From the NCBI RefSeq assembly GCF_000143415.4, contig NW_003314266.1, forward strand, positions 2,184,486-2,248,485: 64,000 bases of DNA. The letters run 5' to 3'. This DNA is from Selaginella moellendorffii. Its lineage: Eukaryota > Plantae > Lycopodiophyta. This document shows, in pieces, positions 1 to 11,133 of this stretch. The position numbers and the translations under genes are program-made. Below the pieces are notes generated by a model that was not told the origin of the DNA, ran no database searches, and worked only from the letters and a program-made list of their open reading frames with translations. How positions within the stretch are numbered: the first letter of the stretch is position 1; every line of letters begins with the position of its first letter.

Positions 1-3000
1 GTGAGCATCGACACCACGCAAGAGATGATGGAAGAGCTGGACTTGTCAAATGAAGACATCGACGAGTACGTGAAGGGGGCCCCCAAGTTCATCGATCTGC
101 TGCGGGATGCCACGAAAAGTAAAGCTGAGAAGTTGGATCAGTATCCAAATTTCATTAAGAGGGATGTCGACCGCCGGCTTCAGAAACAGCTCGACCCCGC
201 AGCAGAGGCCTATCGAGAACCTTACCGGGTATACGTGAATTCGGATGAGGATCAAAGGTGGAGGAGCATCGTTTCCCGCGGAGATGAGCAGGTCAAGAAC
301 ATCTTTTGTGTGATGGACTTCACAAACGAGGAGATCACTCATGCAGACGAAGTCAGCTCCATCATTGACTTAATGGTGGGACTTGCGGAGGTGGAATCTT
401 CAGTCCACTATATGATCTACGACTCCGAATCCTATCACAAGTTCTGGAAGGCCTTGAACGAGGTGAAGGCTCGGTTGAAAGGCAAGGAGATGCGGGAGAT
501 CCATGGGATAATGGCTAAGAAGAAGATACCGACGAATGTCCGCATCTTCACAGTCGCCCTTGTTATTGGTCCTGCAGCAGAGTGGGACTGGAGTGACTTC
601 CCAGCTTCGTTCAACAAAGCCGATCGAATTGATCTGAGGGAGGTCAATTTACCCGTGCCTGAGGAACTGAAGACGGCTATGGAGCTTTTGAATCCAAAGA
701 AAGCTCCAGGTGCAGCATGGGAAATGCTCAGCTGGGTCTTCAACGCAATAGCGGGTGACTCCAAGGGCAAATGCGTTGTCGAGTACAACTGCGGCGGACT
801 ATTCTTTCGAGCCGCACTACTCAAGGGTGTCCCGTGTGTTGCGGTGACAAACTCCATTGAAGAGGTGACTTCAATGGAGCATATAATTACAGTTGCCAAA
901 GAAAAACAGTATCTTCTCTACGAACCTGGTGAATACGCACTTTAAGTTTAAATGTTATCTCACAAGCTCTGTATGCAGGAGCGTGGCCACCCCCAGATGC
1001 TGAAACGGCGTTAACAGCTACTGATGTTAGGCCGAGGTCACAACATGCACAAGGTAAGGTCACGTGAGGCCTCACGCCATTTTGATTATAGATCGTTGTG
1101 AATATTCAGACACGAGGACTGAAAAGCGCACTGGTGGCGCGTCGAAGAAGGACAAACAGACAAGCAATAGGAAAAAAGGAGGTACAAATTATATTTGCAA
1201 TGGCGTGTGGTCTCATGCCATTCCTTGCAGGAGACACTTCTTCAAAGGCAAAACAGGCAAGCACCAGCCAAGCTCAAACTGACAGTGGTCATAAAAAGCG
1301 AAAGCACGTTGGACAGTCGTCGGGATCAGAGGCGTTTGATTCGAAAAGGAAGAAGGGCAACGAAAAGATGATAGGTAATGCCTCGCGGTTATGGCGTGTG
1401 TGCTCATGCCATTCATTGCAGATCAAGGGCTGAGTGAAAGGAGCCAGTCACCACCTTCTGACTCAGATTCCTATGGCGGACTCCCCTTCCCCAATCTCAA
1501 TGGAGAGGTACAATGGATGAGGGATGCTTTTCAAGTCAGGGCCACGTTTTTCTCATCTCGTCGTCTTCGAAGGGTGCAAGAACGTGCAGAAACCATGTTA
1601 AGACAGTCGGGTGAGGATACGGTCCTAGGTCATGCACTAAAACAGGCTATGGATGTCTTGTATTTTGAGATGGAGACTCGGCCAGATGATTTTTCCAAGA
1701 TGGTCCTGGAAAAACAAGCAATCCAGCCTGAGCAGCCTATGGAAGAAATGCAAGAGGGGGATGAGGAGCCAGAGAAAGATAATGAGCAGGAAGAGCAGAA
1801 GGACGAAGAGGAGGACGAAGAAGAGGAGGACGAAGAGGACTTGGATGGTCCTCACAATGGTGACGATCACAATAACGACGATGACGATGATGACGATGAT
1901 GGCCAGCCTGAGGTGGCCAAAGAGCAGCGGAGGAAGGTCATACAAGACAAACCATCAGGTAAATAATAGTACATCCATTCCTAACCTTTTACCATTTCTA
2001 ACATTGTCCATGTAGGTCGCAGAAGAAATGGTAAGTAGAGATTATTCAGTTGAATTAAGATACAAACTCTAGCCTTTAGTGTCGAGGAAGGATAGTGCCA
2101 AGCAAGGGTCGAAACGTATGTCCAATCCTTCAGAATCAGCAGTGCGCCCAAGTGATATCGGTCCTAGTTCCTCAATAGCAGTTGATGGTAAATACAGTAT
2201 AGTCGATTCAATGTGCTAATGAGTTTGTTTTTAGTAGCACGGGAGGATACCATCTCAATCGAAGGGAGATATTTGGACATGCATATGGATCCGCCAGTGG
2301 ACTCTACTTGCCTGCAAGAGTCATCAGAGCTGGTGGAGGCTACTATCCATATCAACGCCAAGCAAGCTGACCACGCTCCACTTGATGCTGCCCATACCAC
2401 TGAGTCAATCTTGTCCACGTATCCAACTGACGGTGACCAGGCGCCATTGGACCCGCATGAGGCCGCCCCAGCCGCCGAGCCGGTCGTATCCTCATTTCCA
2501 ACGTGTGCCCAATCGTCTGACTACGCGCCGTTGGAACCTCCATACACCGCCCCTGCTGCCTGTTCGGTCATGTCCACTTTGCCAACGGAGGCACCAGCTG
2601 AAATGGCGTGTGATCACACGCCATCGGAACCACCCCATGCCACTGTTGAGCCAGTTGTACCAGAGTCTACAGCTGAAATGGCATGTGCCCACACGCCATC
2701 GGATGCGATTGACCCCACATTGCAGAGGAGAGTATTTCCGCCCTTCACGTTTCCTCGACCAAAACCCTCTGAACGACCATCGGGAGCACCATTCGCTAAT
2801 ATTGTAGATGGTAAAATTGACTTGTACCATTTTTTATGCTAACGCATTTCATTTCAGAGTCACGGCGAAAGTACTGTATCGTTTTTGATCTGAACGGTGT
2901 CCTTTTCTCCCATGAGCATGGCTCATCCTTGAATGTCACTGCACCCTCCAAAGCCTGCGGTCGCAAGTTGGTCAAAAGAGACAGATTCACATTAATCACA

Positions 3001-3720
3001 CGGGAGAAACTGCGGGATCTAATAATGACCATGCGACACTTAAAACAGAGGGCCGGGTTCAATTTGCAATTGGGAGTTTGGACATCCATGATGCGCCACA
3101 ATGCATTAACGTTGCTACAGATGATGCACAATCAGACGCGAGTAATATTACCATTTGACTTTCTCCTAACGCAGGAGGATTGCTTGACTATGGTCCATGT
3201 GAGGGGTAGCAAGCCCATCTTCGTCAAGGCAGAGGCTGTAGTGATGAACCGGACTGCTAGGTCAAGTGAAATCCTCATCATCGATGACTCGCCGATTAAA
3301 ACTGCAGTGAACACGCACACATATGCAGTGCACCCCATCTCTTGCAGTATGGAAACTAGGGAGAAGAAACCGTATGTTCTGGGGGACCTTGCAAAACGGC
3401 TTGAAGCGATGGTGATAGAGAACCGGCCAGTCCAGGAGGTGGCTGCAGAAATCAACCAAATGGCAGATGGAACGGTATATCAGAAGCCATTTGATCGGAC
3501 AGACACCAGTCATCATTTATGGCATGTATATTGTCTAGCCAAGCACTATCCGCATCTCCATAATCTGCTCAACCGGATGGGTTCTTCGACCACTGAACAT
3601 GAGCGTGGACGTATTAGAGAAGAGATGGCATTACTATTGGGTTTAAATCCTGATAGTGTGGAGAGTGATGAAATTCCAAGATTATTGTATAGGCGTTGGA
3701 GGCAAAAAATAACAGTCTGA
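1..3720 (+). CDS. 3' part of a multi-exon gene (5' end outside window): degenerate beta-class N4/N6 amino-methyltransferase-like domain + acidic/low-complexity linker + C-terminal FCP1/NIF-type HAD phosphatase-like domain; possibly transposon-borne
   Basis: Exons <1-928, 979-1053, 1110-1181, 1231-1374, 1422-1958, 2016-2030, 2080-2187, 2235-2810, 2858-3720 are joined by GT-AG introns, all phase 1, and the frame stays open to TGA at 3718-3720. HAD motifs CIVFDLNGVL, LGVWTS and ILIIDDSPIK are in the last exon. The segment PKKAP..MLSWVF...KGKCVVEYNCGGLFFRAALLKGVPCVAV resembles the motif X-I-II end of beta-class MTases. Confidence 0.72.
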
Positions 3721-4057
3721 GATGGCATGTATTTATTTAAAAATGTAACTTATTATGGCATGGGGTTCCATGCCATTGTATTAATATTAAAAGACAATTC
3801 TTTGAGAGGATTTGCATTATACTAGAAGTGTTACAGCATGTTATTGGAAGTCTACGAAGTTGTTTTATTAATAAGGGGAAAGTAAAGATTGAATGGGGAC
3901 TTGGGCTCCACCTAGACTCGGAGCAACTGAGCCAATATTAAAAGGATGGAAAGAAATTGGACGACAATGACAAGGAGAAGAGAGAGGTGAAGCAGTGAGA
4001 AGTGATTGAGTAGACATTTCCTTGTTTAAAATAAAATGGCATGTGCCTCAATGCAGT
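1059..4057. repeat. Dispersed 22-bp palindromic motif ATGGCRTG-N6-CAYGCCAT (5 near-perfect and 2 degenerate copies)
   Basis: Copies at 1200-1221, 1391-1412, 2603-2624, 2678-2699 and 3755-3776; degenerate copies at 1059-1080 and 4036-4057. The 6-bp spacer is constant in length but variable in sequence. Confidence 0.85.
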
Positions 4058-4149
4058 TGAATTTTGTTATATTTATATACTATATAAAGGTTTGGAAACC
4101 TTATTTTACAAGTGGGATAATGACAATTCCCACTTTAACGAAATAGAGC

Positions 4150-6307
4150 TTAGATGAAGTTCACATGCTCAAGGACTCCACGACTTCCGAATAACACCCT
4201 TCTCCAACATCTTTTTGACATTTGCACGTAAAATCTTGATCTCCTTGAGTGACCGACAACGAATAGGAACCTTGATTGGACAAGAATCCCCAATTGGAAT
4301 TGGATGACATGTGGCAATCTTGGCCCCAGATGATAAGTCAAATCCAAAGAGATCAAAATACTCTTTCATGAGCCAGTCAACCGTTGCAACACAAAGATTG
4401 TCGGAGGGATCAGAAAAGGGAAGAGCAGAACAAAACAGAAACATAGGAGGAAATAGTGGGGGAATAAAAATAATGGAAGCAAAGGTAGAAGTAGAAAGAT
4501 GAAGAGGTACGGAAGTGAGAGGAATGGATGAAACATAAGGAAGTATGAGACAAGGGGGAGAAGCCTCAAAATCACATTTGGCATGATTGCATTACAACCA
4601 ATCCACACCAAGAATGAGGTCAAAAGCTTGACTCGGCACCACCCGTAATGATTGCAACTCAAGCTCGAGATCGCCCACACGCAGAACCAAGTCCATCTCA
4701 TCCTGTGCACATGCATGTGTACGGCCATTGCCATAAAGAATGAAAACTGGTTCTGCTGCATGACGCAAGTGTAGACGGCAATGTATGGCAACAGGTCGAG
4801 CAATAGAAGATAAACTTGAACCTGTATCAACCAACACAGAGAGAATAATAGGAGACCTCTTGTTATAAAAACGAGCTTGGAAAGTAAACACTGGATGAAC
4901 CGGTGCTGAGTGAACCCCTTGATGATACTTCTGAAAGAAAGATGGAGGGGTCACTAATTTATTCGCGTAAGGTCCTTCCATTACTCGTGCGACTCCTCGT
5001 TTCCCGACTGCATCTTAGTGTCTAGACCTTCCACTGCAGCAGCACCAACAGGACATTGCTGACGCCAAGGTCTCCACCCAGAAAATGAAGGTCGCCAATC
5101 CAGAAAACACCAACAGCGCCGATAAGTATGACCAACTTCATCACACGCCCAGTAGTGACTATCACGGCCACAACCACGTCCTCGCCCTTGTCCTTGGACT
5201 CGAGCAGCAGCAGCATCAACCTCCATTGGAATAGGACCATTACCCATAGGAAGGGGAGCTAAAGGATGGGCAACGAGAAGTGGAAGAGACGACGTTTCAT
5301 AACGTTGTGCCAAGCGAAGAGCATCATCAAAGGTGGCGGGAGCAAGTGCATGCACAAAGCTGATAAGATCTTGACGAAGGGTTGGCCACAACATTCCTAG
5401 CTTGATCCGCTCCGATATCTTTGGCTCCGCACGAAGCAAAAGACTTTAGAAACGAACGTCAAATTGCATCACTGACTCAAATGGCCTTTGGCGAAGACGA
5501 TGCAATTGTTGGAAGGCATCATTAGAGTCGTCAGCATGGCCGAAGGCGTGTTTGAAGATGTCCGGGAGAACACTCGAATCCCCACAAATGGCTGTGCTCA
5601 AACCATTGTACCATTGCAACGCTATCCCTTGGAGACACGTGGGAAACTCACGCAAACATCAAGCATCATCCCAAGAATGATATGTGGCAATCACCGTGAA
5701 ATGATCCAACCAATGGTACACATCATCCCCAGGATTCCTGCAAAAGACTCCGGCTGAACGCGAGGATTAACACCAAGAGCAGGAGGAGTTGTACCACGTG
5801 CCGTGAACGCCACTATCAATTGAGTTTGGTTATTCAATTGCAAATGCATAGCATCAAGCAATTGTACCAACTGCTGCTCCAAAGTCAAAGGAGGAAATTG
5901 TTGATCTGCCATGAAGATAAACAAAGAAAGAGCAAAAGAAGAGAAATGACAAAAAGCGAGAAGGAAATGGGAGATCTAGACAATGCAAAAAGCTAGATTT
6001 AAACCAAAATCCTGAAAGAGAAGAACAAAAGAAAGGAAATGGAAAAAGTTAGATCTAGACAATGCAAAAGCTAAATTTAAACTAAAATCCCAAATTCAAG
6101 CACTCTTCAAAGACAATCAAAGGTGCCCCTCACCCCCACCAATGTGAGTGTTTGGAATATGGAAAAGAAATATAGAAAATGTGCATATCATTTAGCCCAA
6201 AAACCCTAGCTTATATATAGGAGCAAGTGGTTCAGATCGAAACCAACCAAAATCCCACTATGCTAATATTAATATATAGCATTGTAGCCATACACTTGGC
6301 CCTCACA
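4150..6307 (-). mobile_element. Ty3/gypsy retrotransposon 5' remnant: 165-bp 5' LTR, PBS-like site, frameshifted gag, aspartic protease and start of RT
   Basis: LTR 6143-6307 has TGTGAG...CTCACA ends; PBS-like TGGTGGGGGTGAGGGGCAC follows on the minus strand. Gag shows LQGIALQWY, LRQRPFESV, PMEVD and a degenerate Zn knuckle. Protease shows VLVDTGSS and DLILGVDWL. RT start shows KKMLEKGVIRKSWSP. Confidence 0.9.
4999..5005 (-). promoter_or_regulatory. -1 ribosomal frameshift slippery heptamer G GGA AAC at the gag-pol junction
   Basis: Gag ends tcG GGA AAC GAG GAG TCG CAC GAG TAA (SGNEESHE*). The -1 frame reads GGG AAA CGA ... GTA ATG GAA into the protease ORF 4592-4981. Confidence 0.7.
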
Positions 6308-6309
6308 AT

Positions 6310-8750
6310 GTGTAACTTATAAAATAATCTTTAAACATTACTTTCTTTTCAAAGCATGCACATACATTAGTATGCATACCACTATATATGAACTCTTTAT
6401 ATGCCATTATGTAGTAATCCACATCAACTTATATTAGCAAGGTTGAGGCTTTGATGTTTTTGAAGTGAAAAAGTCTTATGAGATAAGGGTTATAGAAATC
6501 TTTAGAATTCATCAATGATGTTGTGATTTCTTGTAGCAAAAATTTGGTGTTGTTAAAATGATGTCATTGAACTCATCATCCATCTAGTCAAGAATATTTG
6601 AAGGAATATTTCATGACAGTTAAAGAATATTTTAGAAGTTAGTTTGGATAATAAATTAAAAGTTAGTTTGGATAGAAACTAATTAGTAACCAAAAATAAT
6701 TATGACATCAGTATATGAGGGTATAGGTGTGGACTTTGTGATCATGCATAATATCTAGAGTTTTTTGGAAAAGCCCAAAGGTCAAGTTACAATGCTTATA
6801 TAGTTAGTTGGTGAGTATATACACTAGACTACACTATATACACTAGAGTAGGTTATATTGGTATCAAAGGCATATATTTTTCTATTGTCAATGGTCCATA
6901 TTCCTATCGCTACTTTTGAAATGTCTTGCCTAGAAGTGACTAATGGATTCAATAAGGAGGTCCAAAAGAAATTGCATTTGGATATGAAAAGAAGACAATT
7001 TGGAAGGGCAAGAAAATAACTCCTAGACCAATAACAATCTGACTAAGGGATTTGATAATGTTTGATTGGCCTTGACTTTTTTGAAGAAACAATAGAGTTC
7101 TATGTTCAACAAATTTATGGAGTTGACAAAGAAGTTTTAGGATAGCAGTGCCTTCCCATGTACTACTTTGAGTGATTTCAAGCTTTTTGAAAAGATGCAA
7201 ATTCTAGTGTTTAACGAAAGATCTATTGATGAAGTGATTAATTAGTTGGATAAGGTGGAGGATTACTTCATGAGTGAAGAACTCAAGTTTCAAATTGTTT
7301 TCAGTGCCATGTACCACTTTAAAGGGAGGTTGTGGTATTTAGTGAGGATTGCATAAAGATTCAACAGTTATTAAAACTCACATCCTTTAAAGACTTTAAG
7401 AAGGTGTTCCTAAAGGAGTATGCTCAGTCAAGATTGATATAATCTTTGATAACTTGGGTCAGTAGTATATTTGTGATTGTCACTCTACTCTAACAAACCT
7501 ATCTTAGGGGACAGAAAGGTAAATTTTTGGGACTAGGAGGTTGGTTTTTCTCTATATCATGAAAATGTGATAATGGTTTTTTCTATATCACAACAAAAAT
7601 GTGATTGTATCTTGAATCATACAAAGCATGAGTAAAAATGTGGGGTCTATCTACATATGATATATATATATATATACATTTTCTAATATCCTATAGAGGT
7701 TGAATAAGTACTATTTGAATATGAAGGCTTAGTGTTACTCACAGTCCATGACATCTGCACAAATCTTATGACAAGCATAAGGCATTATGATGGTTCATAA
7801 AGTTGAGGTGAGGTAAAAAGAGTTTTTTTGAGTTTGTGGAGGCATAAAAGATTTTATATATCCTTGATGACTAAATAATAGTCTTATTTATAAAGTTATA
7901 GTTGATTGTTAATAGATATAAAACATATTCAATGGTGCTTGCATTAGCTAAACAACTAAAGTCTTTTTACCATTATGACAATAACAATTAGGAGAAGCAT
8001 GATAGAAAACAATATCATAATTCCTTAGGTGGTTTCCAAAAGTTTCTTCAACTCATGAAGGGGATAAGTTGGAGCAAGTTTCTAATGTCATGATTTAACC
8101 TAGCAGCCAAACAAAGCATTTTTATATTGCATTGAAAAGGAGTTGTATGATTAATAAATACACTCAAAGGGATGTTAGCAATGTAAACAACTTGATGGAT
8201 GGATCAACAATTATTTTATTAAAGTTTTGTTAAATTTTCAAAGTACAGATGTGCTTATTTCAATCAGATTGATGTAGAAACTTAGCTTTCAAAGACTAAA
8301 GTTCCATTTTATTCATTTGATGGTGTTATAACAACTATACAACATTAGAATGTTTCAGTGGAGGTGGATATAATATTGGAGGGTGTCATTCTCAAAAAGA
8401 CTTATTACTTAGTGGATTTGTATTGGAAATAAATTAATTTACTAAGTTTAATACCAACATAGATTTAGTCTTTTATATTATTAAGCACTCGTAATAATAA
8501 TAAAGTGACTCTCGTTGATTATGATTATATCTTGCTTACCAAATTAATTTATATTACAAATATGAAAATATTGTTACTGATATCAATGTTTGGTGTTCTT
8601 TAAGAATTTTTCACCATCTCATCAAAGATCCTAAGTATTCGATCAAAGTTGCTAATTTGCTTGAAGGATTTGATAAACATTATATAAAAAACTACCTTTG
8701 AAAACATGGCCAAATTCTTGAGCTTGTCAAATATGGTCTAGAGTTTCAAT
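6310..8750 (+). mobile_element. Highly degraded AT-rich transposon remnants (gag-like fragment near 7.2-7.45 kb; possible DNA transposase remnant at 7.7-8.7 kb)
   Basis: Stop-riddled, AT-rich sequence; KVEDYFMSEELKFQIV..AMYHFKG resembles retrotransposon gag. The class cannot be resolved by eye. Confidence 0.35.
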
Positions 8751-8939
8751 TGGAGTGCTGAAGAGAATTATATTTGGCTTTATCTTGGTTTACTCAATGT
8801 CTTTGACATCACAGACAAGAGAGTTTTCTTTTATTTCCGGGGGTGTATATAAGCGGCGCCTCCATCCATATCCAAACCAGCAACATCTTCTCTTATATCT
8901 TCATCTTTATTGTGTTCATCTTTCTTTCAAATCCCATCC

Positions 8940-9152
8940 ATGGCTTTTGCAAACTCTTTGCTGCTCATGCTCCTGGTGCTCGCGATGGTTGCAACGCTTG
9001 CTCGCGTGCAGTGCTCCCTACCCAATCTCCAGGACATTGTGACTTGCATCAACAACGCTTTGGGCGATCCAACCAAAATTGCCGAGTGCTGCAGTCACTT
9101 GCCCACTTGCGCTTGCTGCATCCTCTTGGTGAAACGACTCCTCCCTCAGTGA
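8940..9152 (+). CDS. Small secreted cysteine-rich protein (nsLTP/prolamin-like), possibly frameshifted
   Basis: TATATAA at 8846-8852 and ATG at 8940. Signal peptide MAFANSLLLMLLVLAMVATLARVQC, then a C..CC..CACC pattern. Confidence 0.6.
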   Translation: MAFANSLLLMLLVLAMVATLARVQCSLPNLQDIVTCINNALGDPTKIAECCSHLPTCACCILLVKRLLPQ

Positions 9153-9779
9153 TGCCCTTGAGCTTCAACATTCAAAGGTTATAATCTTTGGTTAAGTTTT
9201 TCTTTTTTGCGACTTGTTGCTACTGTCAGGGAAAAGGAGTGCAGCTGCAGTCCAAGTTTACATACTCGTGAATAAGGGACTTGAAATGAAATGATAATTG
9301 TGCTCCTGTTGCTCTCTTAATATTATATCATGATTTGTTCTTGTGATGTTCGTAAACTTAGCAGCGGTGCATGCAATGCAACAACGTTTGGGTGTTGGAT
9401 TTGGAATCCTACTGCTGTGATTACTTGATTCCCAGCTATGGCACTTCGCTGCAACTGCTTGGCCTATGCAAGAATGTCTGTTTCTAGAAAAATGCTCTTG
9501 CAACTAGAGCCAGTTAAAAAGCTAAACAAACTCATCATGCCTTCCAAAGAGACTTTCTAGCCTGATCCAGCAGATAAAACTGAAGCTTTTGTTAGATGAG
9601 TTTAGAAAACTTTCCAAAGTAATGGCATAGGGTCCTTGTCACTCTTTATTTGTGGGGTACAACACTGGCTGCTGATTCTTGCTTTGACAAGTCTATTTCA
9701 ATCCAAAAGACTAGAGAAGATGTGTGATGTATTTGCTGTGGCATAAGCTGATATGGTGTAATTTTAATATAATTAAGAT

Positions 9780-9824
9780 TGTGAGTGTATATTAATTAGG
9801 GTTTAACCACGTACACACACACAG

Positions 9825-9904
<80 letters not shown>

Positions 9905-11133
9905 AAGAGAGAGTGCATGGAATATAAAAATGGAATACAAAGATATGCATATTAATTAACCCAAAAACCCTAGTTTATATACAAAAGTGAGTGGTCTAGA
10001 TTGAAACTAATCCGATAAGTATCAAAATCTTACTATGTTAATATTAATATATAGCATCATAACTATACATTTGGACTTTACATTATCATCCCCTCCTGGA
10101 AGACAATCAAGGTTCTCTAGTAAATGGGCCAAGATTTGGAGAAATATTAAGAGGAGGCATTAGTGGAGCTATAGGTGGTGTTAGTTATTCTTGATCCTTC
10201 TGTATGAAGTGTTTTAATCGTTGCATATGCACAATTTTTAGAGCATTAACTTGTTAAATGTTATACCAAACCTCATAAACTTGTGGTTCAATTTGCCACA
10301 ACACTTAATATACTCTCTTCCACTGAACAAAAATCCTCTTAAACAAACCACATACTGTAATATTGAGAAAATGAATTAATACTAAGTCATTCACTTTGTA
10401 CTCTACAGATGGATAATGATGGGAGTTGTAGAGTTATTGTTATCCCACTTGTACATAGCCCAAATATTCAATGGACTCTATTAAAACTAGTGGAAGAATG
10501 CTCGTCAAATACTGATCCCAAGATCTAGTATCGACAACTCATGGCAATCATAAAAGTAAACTCAACTCCATTAGTAGTATTGGATCATAACCATGTAAGA
10601 GCTTATATGGTGAAGCACAAACAGAAGTCTACACCCTTGTGACATATGTAAACCAAAGAGATGGCACATAACCATCCTAATTTGAATGTTAAAAGTTAAT
10701 GTATTTTGCAACTATCTCTTTGAAAGTCTGAATATGCCATTCCACTAAACCATCTAACTATGGATGATAAACACTTGTGAAAATGTGGCATATCTTTAAT
10801 TGAGACATTAAAATGTGAAATGCCTTAACCATAAATATAGGACTATTAGCCAAAAGAATTCACTCTGCATAAAAATGTTGGAACACCACATGATTGAGGA
10901 GGAAGTAACCAAAAGCAGTTGTAAACATATTAAAAAGAGCATTGACTTCCACCCAATGAGTTAAGTAGTCAAAAATAATAATAACATACTCATTATCAAC
11001 AGTTGACTGTGAAATGCATTATCAGATCAAACGCCACCAACTCAAACAGACATGAAATTGCAATTGACTCCAAGTATCCTTCTGTAGTGCAAGGGGGAGT
11101 ATTACAAGCTTCACACCAAACATAGTTACACAT
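9780..11133 (-). mobile_element. 3' LTR, PPT and degraded integrase of the same short-LTR gypsy family as 6143-6307
   Basis: 9911-10082 aligns with LTR 6143-6307 (aaaaaccctag...aatattaatatatagcat...aca). It is followed by the PPT complement ttatcatcccctcctgg and an integrase-like remnant, cut off at 11134 by a LARD LTR. Confidence 0.8.
9813..9912. repeat. Compound microsatellite (CA)(TA)(TG)(GA) inside the start of an LTR
   Basis: Read directly; flanked by TGTGAGTG at 9780 and by LTR sequence from ~9911. Confidence 0.95.
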
